Assembly (NCBI RefSeq): GCF_964194155.1
Contig: NC_135891.1
Coordinates: forward strand, 76,508,001 to 76,572,000
Source: Cetorhinus maximus
Taxonomy: Eukaryota
Direction: 5' to 3'
Length of the DNA stretch: 64,000 nucleotides
Positions 12,046-23,602 of the stretch are shown here, piece after piece. Both the position numbers and the translations under genes were made by a program. The first letter of the stretch is position 1. Each line of letters starts with the position of its first letter. The notes beneath the pieces were generated by a model, which saw nothing but the letters and a program-made list of their open reading frames with translations, searched no databases and was not told the origin of the DNA.

Positions 12046-12469
12046 GTAATGCTGCACCTCTCTCAATGTCTTCAGTAATAGAGAGTATTGTGTGCAGTCT
12101 TGGTCACCTAAACCTTGGCTTCGGATGGTACATGGGTGGTTCTGGAATATCAGGAATTTAAGGCAAAGCAGTTTGGATAGCCGTCTAACTGAAGTTTTCA
12201 GGATTATGAACGGAACAGACAAAATTTATTTGGGCAAATTGTTCCCTGTGAGGAAGGGTTCTATTCCCATGGGGTATGAACATTAGGAAATTAAGGAGTA
12301 AGTGGGTTCGAGAAACAATGAGATGTATTTCTGGCAAGGAGGGAGTGAGGGATACAGTGAGGAGTTAAGTGGGGGACCTAATCCATCTTCAACTCCTTAA
12401 ATTCCTATATTCTATTAAATTCACATTTCTAAGTTAGTTCCTTAAATATTGATTTTTATTAAATAACAG

Positions 12470-12880
12470 CAACTAGGGCTGTTCTTCTTAGAGCAGAGAA
12501 GGTTAAGGAGAAATGTATTAGAAGTCTTCAAGATTATGAGGGATTTTGACAAGATAAGTAAGGAGAAATTTCCATTGTCAGGAGATCTGGTAAACAGAAG
12601 GCGCACATTTAAGCTAATTGGCAAAAGAATCAGTGATAAGAGATTTTTTTATGCAGTAAGTAGTGATCTGGAATGCACTGCCTGATAGGATTGCGGAAGC
12701 AAATGCAATAGTAATGTTCAAAAAGGAACTGGAAATACACTTCAAATGGCAAAATGTGCAGGGCAATGAGGATAGGGCAAGGGAAGTGGACTATTTGGGT
12801 AGATCTTATAAAAAGCTAGCAAAGGTAAGATGGGCCAAATGGCCTCCTTCTGTGCTGAATGATTCTATGATTCTTTAGGC
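12470..12880 (+). mobile_element. CR1 LINE 3' end
   Basis: LGLFFLEQRRLR..; WNALPDRIAEANAIVMFKKELE; CR1 3' UTR. Confidence 0.8.
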
Positions 12881-13293
12881 ACTTGGCATTTCAGCAACTA
12901 GAGGTGGAGATTGTGCAACCCCTGGAGCGAAGGGAGTGAATGGCTAAATACTGCTGTAACCTAAACGGGACTGAATGGCTAAGTGCAGGCTGTAACCCGA
13001 AGAAAGGTAATAAATGGCTAAGTAGAAGGTGTAGCGCTGATTTTGCCAAACCCCCACAAGTTACAGGAGATGGGGAGAATCTCAAGTGAGGTCAGGGACA
13101 TGACCTGTTTCTGGGCTGCATATTCTTCAGAAGCACAAAGTTTTAGTTTTTGACATAAAATAAACATTGATAAAAGGTACAGTGAAAATTTTGGAACCTA
13201 CAGAATTTGAATCACTGGATAGGACATTTGATATAATAAAGATGGTTTTGATGCTGTTATTTACAATGTTTCCAATGTGTTCTTTCATTACAG

Positions 13294-13316
13294 GGGCTTA
13301 ACTCAATGGCAGACAG
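13294..13316 (+). CDS. TRIM exon 4 (23-bp microexon)
   Basis: ttacag|GGGCTTAACTCAATGGCAGACAG|gtaag; a 23-bp phase 0/2 exon is a hallmark of B30.2 TRIM genes; the frame joins exon 5. Confidence 0.85.
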
Positions 13317-13689
13317 GTAAGAGCCAAATATTTTACATAATTCTCTATAACAATTCCTGCCCTCGGTAATATTTTAATGAAACCAAAATCTAATAAAAGC
13401 ACGTGATTTTTTATTAACTTCTAATATTTGTAGTAAGATAACATTTGCTTATTTGCAAATATGTAGTGGTTGTCTAGCGTTTGCAACACAATGGTAAGGA
13501 TCAATGCTGAGCCTAAACCTGTCCTCAAAGTAACATGCATACTTTCAACAAGGTGTTGCTGAATATCATTCTGTGATCTGTGTAATCTAATTTACGTTAC
13601 AGCCAAGTAACCTGAGTTTTCTCTGTGTCCATTCATGTGTGCACTTTGGTGGCTACTTCAGATCTGAGCCTACCATTCCATTTCCACTT

Positions 13690-15580
13690 AATTATTTTCT
13701 TCTCTCTTTTCTCTGTATCCCTCCTCAACCCTTCCCTCCTGTTATTATCCCTCCTTTCATTTCTCCCCTCTCAAGTACTCTGCCCCCCAAATCCCTACCC
13801 CAGCACTTTCATACCCCTCTACATACCTACCGCTGTTGTTCCAGGCTTGACTGCCTCTTAAATAAGCCTACGGCTTCTCTCTGTGTCTCTTGGCATCCTC
13901 CAAAGGGCCCATAAAAACACTTGTTGCTGCCTCCTCATGAACAGCAGCCCCAGCTGCCCCATCGACTCTCTTACAGACCATTCCGCCCAGCGACCAGGCT
14001 GAGGCTGATCCTTCCACGCTTCTCCCTTTGTAACTTACCCTTCCCAGTGCTGACCCTGTGGACCCTGCCAATGGTCCAGCTATCACCGCCTCTCTTCACA
14101 TCTCCCCCCACAATGTCCATTCACTCTAACACAAAGCCCTTGCAATCCATGAGCTTATTGTGGATGATTGCATCAATACTATGACCTTGATGGAAACCTG
14201 GCTGACCCCAAATGAACCCTCCACTGGCTAAACCCTTCAGCACTTGCCTCACCCATACCATTGCGATGGCAGTGTAGCTCTTACAATCAAACCACACTTT
14301 GGTCTGTTCCTTTACTCTTATAGCCAACTCCTCCTTTGAGCATCTCACCTTGTTCCACTTCCCATTTAACATCCTGGTTCTCTACTCCTTGCCCAGGTGA
14401 CATACTAACTTTCTCAAGTTAACTGTTTCAGCCTCTGAGTGACTTCTCATCTTCAGTGATTTCAAACACCATCTCAGTTCATCAAGGTCTCTCTCCTCTA
14501 AGTTCCCTGCCCTCCTATCCTCCCATAAATTTTCCTGCATGTAAACTCCAAAATCAATATTCCATTTTCTCTAAACTGTCAGACTGTTTATCCAGTACTG
14601 GGTGAGCAGAAATTTCATCCAATTAAATATTGGGAAAACTGAAGCTATTGTCTTCAGTCCCTGCCACAGACTCCATTTCCTTGCCACTGACTCCATCCCT
14701 GTCTCTGGAAACTGCCTGAGGCTAAACCAGACTGTTCTCAACCGCGGTATCATATTTGACCCAGAGTTGAGCTTTCATATATCCGTGTCATCACTAAAAC
14801 TGCCTATTTCCACGTCCATAACAACGCCTGACTTCACCCCAGCCCTAGCTCCTCTGCTGCAGTTCATCATCAATGTCATTGTTACCTCTAGATGACTATT
14901 TTAATGTATTCCTGGCTGGCATCCCATGGTCCACCCTTTGTAAACTTAACATGGAATAGAATAGAATCGTTACAGCACAGAAGAAGGCAATTCGGCCCAT
15001 CATGTCTGTGCTGGCTCTCCTAAGGAGCAATTCACATCCTACCACTCCCCCACTACCACACCCCCACATCCCTGCACATTTCTCCTTCTCAGTTATTTAG
15101 AAAACATCATCCAAAGCTCTGCTGTTGTGTCCTGACTTGCGCCAAATCCCATTCATCCATCATTCCTGTGCTCAGCAACCTACACTGGCTCCCATTTAAG
15201 CAATGCCATGATTTTAAAATCCTCAAAACCCTCTATCACCCCACCCTTCACTATCTCTGAAATCTCCTCTACACCTACAAGCCTCTGGAGATATCTGCTT
15301 CTCTAATTCTGGCCTCTTGATACATCCTGATTTTAATTTCTCCACCATTGGTGGGCATGTCTGCAGCTGCCAGGGCCCTAAGCTTTGGAATTCCTTCCTT
15401 AAGCCTCTCCAACACTCTTTCCTCCTTTTAAACACTCTTTAAAACCCACCTCTTTGACCAAACCTTTGATCACCTGCCCTAATATCACTTTATGTGGTTC
15501 AGTGTCATATCTTGTTTCATCACACCTCAGTGGGGGGTTTTATTATATTAAAGGTGCTAACTAAATACAAGTAGTTGTTG
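13690..15580 (+). mobile_element. L2-clade LINE, heavily decayed, interrupted by a CR1 tail at about 14950-15095
   Basis: Endonuclease remnant (..METWL..), W.SRNFIQLNIGKTEAIVF, LHWLP, and an L2 tail (aaaggtgct..aaatacaagt). Confidence 0.75.
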
Positions 15581-15689
15581 TTTTTGTTGTGGCCCTGATG
15601 TACAGGGATGTAAAGACCATTATAGCAACCTGACTATTGGCCCAGCTGTGATGAAATCCCAGATTGCCATTGAAGCTGGTACTGCTTCA

Positions 15690-16100
15690 TGGGTCAATCG
15701 TGGCTTAGTAGGTAGCTCTCTTTCATCTGAGTCAAAAGGTTTAAGTATAACTCCAGAGAGTTGAATACATACAGTAATCCAGGATGACACTCCCAGTGCA
15801 GTACTGAGGAAATATGGAAACAATAATTGAAAATGTTGGAAATACTCAGCAGGTCTGGCAGAGGCTGTGGAGAGAGAAACAGAGTTAATGCTTCAGGTTG
15901 ATGACCTTTCATCCAACATCATTAAAGATGATCTGGTCGTTATTGCATAGCTGTTCGTGGGAACTTGCTGTGCAAATATTGGCAGCCATGTTTCCTACAT
16001 CACAACTGTGATCATGCTTAGAAATAGATTCATTGGTTGTAAACTGCTTTGGAACATCTTGAGGTTGTGACAGACTCTATATAAATACAAGTTCTTTTTT
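15690..16100 (+). mobile_element. tRNA-derived DeuSINE-type (SacSINE1-like) element with a Penelope-type fragment inserted at about 15815-15915
   Basis: Head gtggcttagtaggtagctctc..tctgagtcaaaaggtt; tail cattggttgtaaa..ctatataaatacaagttc shared with the 26.7k, 35.6k and 52.3k copies. Confidence 0.7.
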
Positions 16101-16107
16101 CTTGAAG

Positions 16108-16256
16108 GATGAAGGATGCATCTGAACCATTCAAAGCGCAGGCTCCCATCTCTGATGTGGATATATCTATTGTGGAAAGGCTGGTAGATTGGGTCCAGGA
16201 GCAGTATGTGGCAGCATCCCAGCCAACCCTGGGTAGGAACTTCCTGGTCAGTATGT
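16108..16256 (+). CDS. TRIM exon 5 (linker, 149 bp)
   Basis: ttttttcttgaag|G ATG AAG..AGT ATG T|gtaagt; open reading MKDASEPFKAQAPISDVDISIVERLVDWVQEQY..; phases 2/1 bridge exons 4 and 6 exactly. Confidence 0.82.
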
Positions 16257-17589
16257 GTAAGTATTGATAGAAATGGCTGCACACCTGGGTAAAAAGCACA
16301 CACAATGCCAGTGATGTTCCCACCTTCTTCAGATATGAATGAAACATTGTTGGGGATGGGGGTGGGGGGCGCGGTGTGTGTGTGTGTGTGCAGGGGCAGG
16401 GGAATGGTTGGAGCTTTAATCTACAGAGATTAAAAGGGTTTGTGCTCCAGAGTGGAGCCCTATCTATGTACAGGATATATCAGAGAACGTCTGAGGATCA
16501 AGGAGCAGTGCATGCTGACAGCAGACAAGGCTTGAAATGGCTAGCATGTACAATTACCTTGTCATAACCAAATAATGCAGCTTTCTCAATCTTAGGTCTT
16601 AATGCTCACACTGGGTGTCCAAAGCGGTATTCTGGTCCGTACTCAGTTCCAATTGAATGGAATTCCAATAAGCTAAACTGATTACCATTCACGTTCTTGG
16701 GTTAGAAATATTTCAGGGTTTGAAGATTTGTTTGCCATGTCTCTAAGTTGGTATCATCGGCAAATTTTGAAATGTTACTCTGTATTCCAAGATCCAAGTC
16801 ATTTCTAAAAAAAGCAAAAAGAACATTGGCCCTAGCACTGACCCTTGGGGAACACCACTGTCTACCATTCCCCACTTTGGATTTTATGAAAACTACAATG
16901 AAAATATATTATTCTACCTCTAGCTTTGAAATCAGAGATATCTCAAAGGATTTGTTCTATATATATAGAATTATGAATGAGTGGGAGCTTTCCTTATGGT
17001 TAAAATTCTCCAGTCCAGATAACATGCTCGTCAACCTGCTCTGTACCCTCTTGAGTGCAATCACATAATTCCTGTAACATGGTGACCAGAACTGCACGTG
17101 GTACTTTCACTGTAGTCTGATTAATATTTTGTGCAACCTTCTGGCCAATTCCTGTGTTAAGTATTTCATGGGTTTTCCATGATGTTATGTGAGCTCCATC
17201 ATGTGTGTTGCTACAATGTAGTTTCATGGAAGATCTAAAAGACCTTGAGTGACAAAGATAAGCAACTGGAGTATAACCCAGCGGAATAATATAATACAGC
17301 AGAATAATAATATAATACAGCAGGAGAGAATTGAAATGACAAAAGAAAAAGCGTTGTGTGGGGGGAAACTGATTGAAAAATAGTTTGTTCAAAAAGATTT
17401 CACATTAAATCAGGAATTGAAAGAATAATTGAAAATTTCTAAATTTGAAATACCAACAGGGAACATTGGAAAAAGAGGATGAGCAGTCACTGAAAACAAA
17501 AGCTAGAAAGGACAGCAGACTATTCCGATAGAAATCCCGCTCAAAGGAACTCCCTGGCCAAATGTAGATATTTCTGGATGAGGAAGGTC

Positions 17590-18690
17590 CATTCGTGAGA
17601 TGCGGGCAAGGCCAGCATTTATTGCCCATCCCTAATTGCCCTTGAGAAAGTGGTGATGAGCTGCATTCTTGAACTGTTGCAGTCTATGTGGTGTGTAAGT
17701 ACTGTCAAGTAGGAAGTTCCTGGATTTTGATCCATCAATGAAGAAGGAATGATGATATATTTCCAAGTCAGGATGGTGCGGCTCGGAGGAGAACTTGCAG
17801 GTAGTGGTGTGTCTTGTTCTTCTGCAGTAAAGGTTGTGAATTTGGAAAATGCTGTATGTATCTTGTAGATCGTACACACTGCTGCCATTGTGCACCAGTG
17901 GTGGAGGGAGTGAATATTTAAGGTGGTGGATGGGGTGCCAATCAAGTGGGCTGCTTTGTCCTGGATGGTGTCAGGCTTTTTGAGTGTTGTTGGAGCTGCA
18001 CTCATACAGGCAGGTGGAAAGAATTCCATCACACTCCTGACTTGTGTCTTGTAAATGGTGGACAGGCTTTGGAGAGTCAGGAGGTGAGTTACTCACTGCA
18101 GAATTCCTAGCCTCTGACCAGCTCTTGTAGTCACAGTATTCATATGGCTGGCCCAGCTAACTTTCTGGTCAATGGTAACACCTAGGACGTTGACAGTGGG
18201 GGATTCAGCGATGGTAATGCTACTGAATGTCACAGGGAGACGTTTAGATTCCCTCTTGTTGGAGATGGTCATTATCTGGCACTTGTGTGGCATGAATCTT
18301 ACTTGCCACATATCAGCCCAAGCCTGAGAGATGTCCAGGTCTTGCTGTAAATGGACACAGACTGCTTCACTATCTGAGGAGTCGCAAATGATGCTGAACA
18401 TTGTGCAATCATCAGCAAACAGCTCCACTTCTGACCTTATGATGAAGGGAAGGTCATCGATGAAGCAGCTGAAGATGGTTGGGCCTAGGACACTACCTGA
18501 GGAACTCCTGCAATGATATCTTGGGACTGAGATGATTGACCTCTAACAGCCACAACCATCTTCCTTTGTGCTAGGTATGACTCCAACCAGTGGAGAGTTT
18601 TTCCTGATTCCCATTGACTTCAGTTTTGCTAGGGCTCCTTGATGCCACACTCGGTCAAATGCTACCTTGATGTCAATGGCAGTCCCTTTA
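17590..18690 (-). mobile_element. CR1-group LINE (family A), RT to 3' end
   Basis: LFADDCTMFS..WQVRFMPHKCQIMTISNKRES; APTTLKKPDTIQDKAAHLIG; tail gggatgggcaataaatgctggcc. Confidence 0.9.
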
Positions 18691-19340
18691 TCACTTTCTC
18701 AATCTGCCCAGTTACCTTCAATGATTTGTACACATATAACCCCCAGGTCTCTGTGTTCCTGCACCTCTTTTAGAATTGTACCCATTATTTTATATTGCCT
18801 CTCCTCATTCTTCCTACCAAAATGTATCAACTTGCACTTCTCTGCATTTAATTTCATCTGCCACACGTCCGTCTGTTCCACCAGCCTGCCTGTGTGCTCT
18901 TTAAGTCTATCACAATCCTCCTGACAGTTCATAATACTTCCAAGTTTTGTGTCATCTCAAATTTTGAAATTGAGCTTAGTACACTCAAGTCATTAATATA
19001 TAGATCATGTATCAAGTAAAGCAGTGGTCCCAATACTTATCTCTTGGGAACCCCCCCACTATATATCTTCCTATAGTTTGAAAAACAACCATTCATTACT
19101 ATTGCTTTTTTCCAGTCAATCAGCCGATTTCGTATCCATGCTCCCACTGTCCCTTTTATTCTCCGGGCTTCAACTTTGCTAGCAAGCCTATCATGTGGTA
19201 ATTTATCCATGTACACCAGGTCAAACCGTATTACCCTCATCAACCCTCTCTGTTAGGTCATTAAAAAACTTAATCTAGTTAAATATGATTTGCCTTTAAC
19301 AAATCCAGGCTGGCTTTTCTTAATTAATTCGCACTTGTGG
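18690..19340 (-). mobile_element. CR1 (family B) RT fragment
   Basis: WQMKLNAEKCKLIHFGRKNEERQY; LVYMD..PHDRL. Confidence 0.85.
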
Positions 19341-19799
19341 GGGCAGGGGACGGAAAGGTCAGGAATTCTGTGGAGAAGTTGGAAGAATGGAATGAGACAA
19401 TAAACCTAAATACTACAAATTTAAAATGGGTAAAGAAGTCTCTATAGGTAGCAGGATAAGTAGAGGAGGCTGTTAAAAGGATTAAAGGATCCTTGGCTTT
19501 ATTAATAGAAGCATAGGCTATAAAAGAAAGGAAGCTATGCTAAATCTTTACAAACACTGGTTAGGCTTCAGCTGGGTTACTTTGGCCAATTCTGGGCACC
19601 ACCATTTAGGAAGGATGTTAAGGCCTTAGACTTAGAAAGTTTAACTTTCCACCATCATTCCCAAGTTGATGTGGTAAGACTGCAGAGCTTTGATCTGATT
19701 GGTAATGGGATTGCTTAGCTTTGTTTACAAAATCTACTTGAAAGGTTCTCGGGGGGTAGGCAAGAATGTGGAGTTGAGGTTAAGATTAAATCAGATTAA

Positions 19800-21310
19800 A
19801 TCATAGAATTGTTATGATGTAGAAGGAGGCCATTCAGCGCACTGTGTCTGCACCGGCTCTCTGAGCATTTTAACTTAGTACCAATCTCCTGCACATTGTT
19901 TCAATTTAGATAATCATCCAATGCCCTCTTCAATGCCTCAGTTGAACCTGCCTCCACCACACTTCTAGGCAGTGCACTTCAAACCCTAACTACTCACTGT
20001 GTGAAAGTTTTTTCTCACCTCACATTTGATCCTTTTGTAAAACACTTTAAAACTGTGCCCTCTGATTCTCGATCCATTTACAAGTGGGAACAGTTTCTCC
20101 CTATCTGCTCTGTCCAGCTCATTATTTTGAAAACTTCTATCAAGTCTCCTCTTAGCCTTCTCCTTTCCAAGAAAAACAGTCCAAACTTCTCCAATCTTTC
20201 CTCATAACTGAAGTGTCTCATCCCTGGAACCACTCTCGTAAACCTCTTCTACGCTCTCTCCAATGCGTTCACATCCTTTCTATTGTGTGACGTCCAGAAG
20301 TGTACACAATACTCCAGCTGAGGTCTACCCAGTGTCTTATATAAGTTCATCATAACCTCCCTGCTCTTGTACTCTATTCCCCTATTAATGAAGCCTAGAA
20401 TACTGTATGCTTTAGAAAGTGCTCTCTCCGCCTGTCCTGCCACCTTTAATGACTTATGTACATATACACCCAGGTCTCTCTGCTCCTGCAACCTTTAGAA
20501 TAGTATCCTTTATTTTATACTATCTCTCCATGTTCTTTGTACCAAAGTGTATCACCTCACACTTCTCTGCATTGAACTTCATCTGCCACCTATCTGCCCA
20601 CTCCACCAATGTGTCAATGTCCTTTTGAAGTTCTACACTGTCCTCCTCACAGTTTATAATTCTCCCAAGTTTTGCATCATCCGCAAACTTTGAAATTGTC
20701 CCCTGCACACCAAGATTTAGATCATTTGTATATATCAGGAAGAGCAAGGGTCCCAATACCGACCCCTGGGGAACTCCACTACAAACCTTCTTCCAGCCTG
20801 AAAAATACCCATTAACCATTACTCTCTGTTTCCTATCTCTCAGCCAATTTTGTATCCAGGTTGCTACTGTCCCTTTTATTCCATCACCTATAACTTTCCT
20901 CACAAGTCTGTTGTGTGGCACTGTATCAAACGCCTTTTTGAAGTCCATATACACAACACATTAACAGCCTTGCCCTCATCAACCACCTCTGTTACCTCTT
21001 CAAGAAATTCCAGCAAATTAGTTAGACTCGATTTTCCTTTAACAAATCCATGCTGACTCTTTCCAATCAATCCAAATTTTTCCATGTGACTGTTAATTCT
21101 ATCCGGAATAACTGTTTCTAGAAGTTTTACCATCACTGAAGTTAAACTGACTGGTCTGTAATTGCAGGGCAGATCTTTACAAACTTTTTTGGACAAGGGC
21201 ATAATGTTTACGATTCTCCAGTCCTCCGGCACCTCCCCTGAATCCAGGGAACATTGAAAGATTATTGCCAGTGCCTCTGTAATTTCCACTCTCACTTCCT
21301 TCAATATTCT
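19800..21310 (-). mobile_element. CR1 LINE (family B), 1.5 kb, 5'-truncated
   Basis: NYRPVSLTS; YMDFKKAFDTVPH; SGVPQGSVLGPLLFLIY; KFADDAKL; RPQLEYCVHFW. Confidence 0.93.
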
Positions 21311-21419
21311 TGGATGCCATGATTAGCCATGATCTTATTGAATGGTGGAGCAAGCCCGAGGGGCTAAGTGGCCTACTCCTGCTCCTAATTTGCATGTACT
21401 TCCATTGTTTAGTATGCAT

Positions 21420-23300
21420 ATTGTAGCTTCACCAGGTTGGCATCTCATTTTAGGCACATCCAGTGCTACATTGGGCATGCTGTTCTCCGTTCCTCAGAGA
21501 ACTAGGATTGATCCTCTTGCTTAATGATAATGATAGAGTGAGGGATATAAGGTTACAGATTGTGGTGGAAAGCAACTCTTGTTGCTGATGGTCCACAGCA
21601 CCAGTTTTGAGGTGCCATATTAGAGGTTTTCTAAACCTATCCCAGTCACACAACACAATGGAAGGTGTCCTCAGTGTGAAGACAGGGCTTCATCTCTGCA
21701 AGAACTGTACAGTAGTCATGCCACAAATACTGCCGCGGATAGCTGCATCCAAGACAAGTAGATTGGTGACAAGGTCATGTAGGATCTTCCCTAGTACTAG
21801 GTCTCTCACTGCTTGCGCAGCCTAGTCTGGAGCTATGTCCTTTAGAACTCAGCCAGCTCAATCAGTAGTGGTGGTACTGAGCCGCTCCTGTTGATGGGAT
21901 ATTGAATCCCCCTAACCAGAATATATTCTCTGCCCTTGCTACTCTCAGTACTTTTTCCAAGTGGAGGAACACTGATTCATCAGCTGAGAGAGGGCGGTGG
22001 TTGGTAATCAATGGGAAGTTTCCTTTCCCATGTTTGACTTGTGTGAGACTTCAGAGTCAATGCTGAGGATTCCCAAGGCCACTCTCCCTCTTGACTGTAT
22101 ACCACTGTGCTGCCATCTCTAATGTGGTGATGGAGGAGTCCAGGACATTGACTAATAGTGTAAGGAACATATATTTTTATTTTTGTGGACTGTTGTAAAG
22201 AACATATCTTTTTATTTTCTGTTAGCCTGTGGATTGGAATTACGGTGGCTGCAGTTTGAAAGACATGTCCACTAGAGCAGGATGAGATATATATACAATG
22301 TTGCAGTCCTGGAACAGAGTGTGCCATGAAAGACAAGGATAGTGCCGGAAAGGAGTCGTGGACCAAGGGAGCTGCCTAACAACAGCATTTTAATTAGCTC
22401 ATGACCAGGTGACTGGGTTTTATGTGAGGGCAGCGCAGCTGAATAGCTCTGATCTTGAAAGGAACAAGACCTAAAACCTCTTTCTCCTGTGTGTGGAAGA
22501 TTCCAGTAATTCCACAATAATAGCTATCTGGCTTTTCTCCTCATATCTCTATAACCTGCTGTCTCTCTGAGGAAACCCCGGTAAAAAGGAAAAGGGAATA
22601 TCTCTGTTCGAGACATTGAAAGGCAAGTGCTCAACCAGTGAACTAAATACTGAAAGTGCTGGAAGACCACCTTGTGTCATCAACAAGAACTGAAAGAAAT
22701 TTGGAAGACGTCGATCAAAATCAACCCATTGAATCCTGTACTCCGGAATCAGTGCTATTGGCCTGTTTTATCCCACCCTTAAAATCCATGTTTTTGTATG
22801 TCTTGTATGTGTGTATATAGGGATTTAAAAAGGGGCACAGTTTAGGTTATAGAGTTAGAAATGAGCAGTTCATATTTCTTTTGTCACTGGTTAATGACAG
22901 TTTGTTCAATAAACAGTTATTTACTTACTAAGTTTACAAACCTGGTGCTTGTATTCCGTTAACTTAAATTAAACAGTTAGGTAGAATTGGGGCAATCTGT
23001 TGGTTTGATCAAACTTTTTCACATTTGTCGCAGCTTGGGGAACAGTGGGGCTCGACATTACACTGCACCATCCCCACTGGGTCGTGACAATAGGTATGAT
23101 TTGGTGATTATGGTTGTGTCAGGCTGAAGCTTGATTAGCCTGTAGGGCAGTTCTTCCAATTTTGACACAAGTTCCCAGATGGCCATGAGGACGGACTTTG
23201 CAGGGTTGACTGAGTTGGGTGTGCCTTTGTTGTGTCCGATATCTGGGTTGATGCCAGGTGATCTATTCGGTTTTATTCTTATTAGCCTTTTCCATGACAG
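21420..23300 (-). mobile_element. CR1-group LINE (family A) endonuclease region, interrupted by a solo LTR
   Basis: KLEELPYRLIKLQPDTTIITKSYL, DGSTVVYSQEG and GFNIPSTGAAQ-like APE remnants. Confidence 0.7.
22159..23089 (+). mobile_element. Solo LTR (probably Gypsy/Ty3 type)
   Basis: Starts TGTAAG, ends GTGACA; 4-bp TSD ATAG at 22155-22158 and 23090-23093; AATAAA near 22908. Confidence 0.8.
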
Positions 23301-23324
23301 TTTGATGCAAATGAGAGTCTTGCT

Positions 23325-23602
23325 AGGCCATTTCAGGAAGCAGTTAAGAATCAACTAGATTTCTAAGAGTCTGGAGACACATTTGGACCAGACTGGGTGA
23401 TGATGGCAGATTTTCTTCCTTAAAGGATATTAGTGAACCAGATGGATTTTTATGATAATCATCGTCACCGTTACTGATAGTAGCTTTTGATTCCAGATTT
23501 TTATGATAATCATCGTCACCGTTACTGATAGTAGCTTTTGATTCCAGATTTTTATGATAATCATCGTCACCGTTACTGATAGTAGCTTTTGATTCCAGAT
23601 TT
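23325..23602 (-). mobile_element. tRNA-derived SINE (type B), 3' part; the 5' part lies at 25261-25390
   Basis: Reverse complement of the ccatctggttcactaat.tcctttaaggaagaaaatctgcc core seen at 34840-34890. Confidence 0.75.
23445..23597. repeat. Perfect 51-bp tandem repeat x3
   Basis: (gatttttatgataatcatcgtcaccgttactgatagtagcttttgattcca)3. Confidence 0.97.

Noticed and set aside
16232-16238. Alternative phase-1 donor (G|gtagga) in TRIM exon 5
   Set aside because: The downstream gtaagt donor is a consensus match and yields the usual Y before the PRY motif; cannot be tested without RNA data
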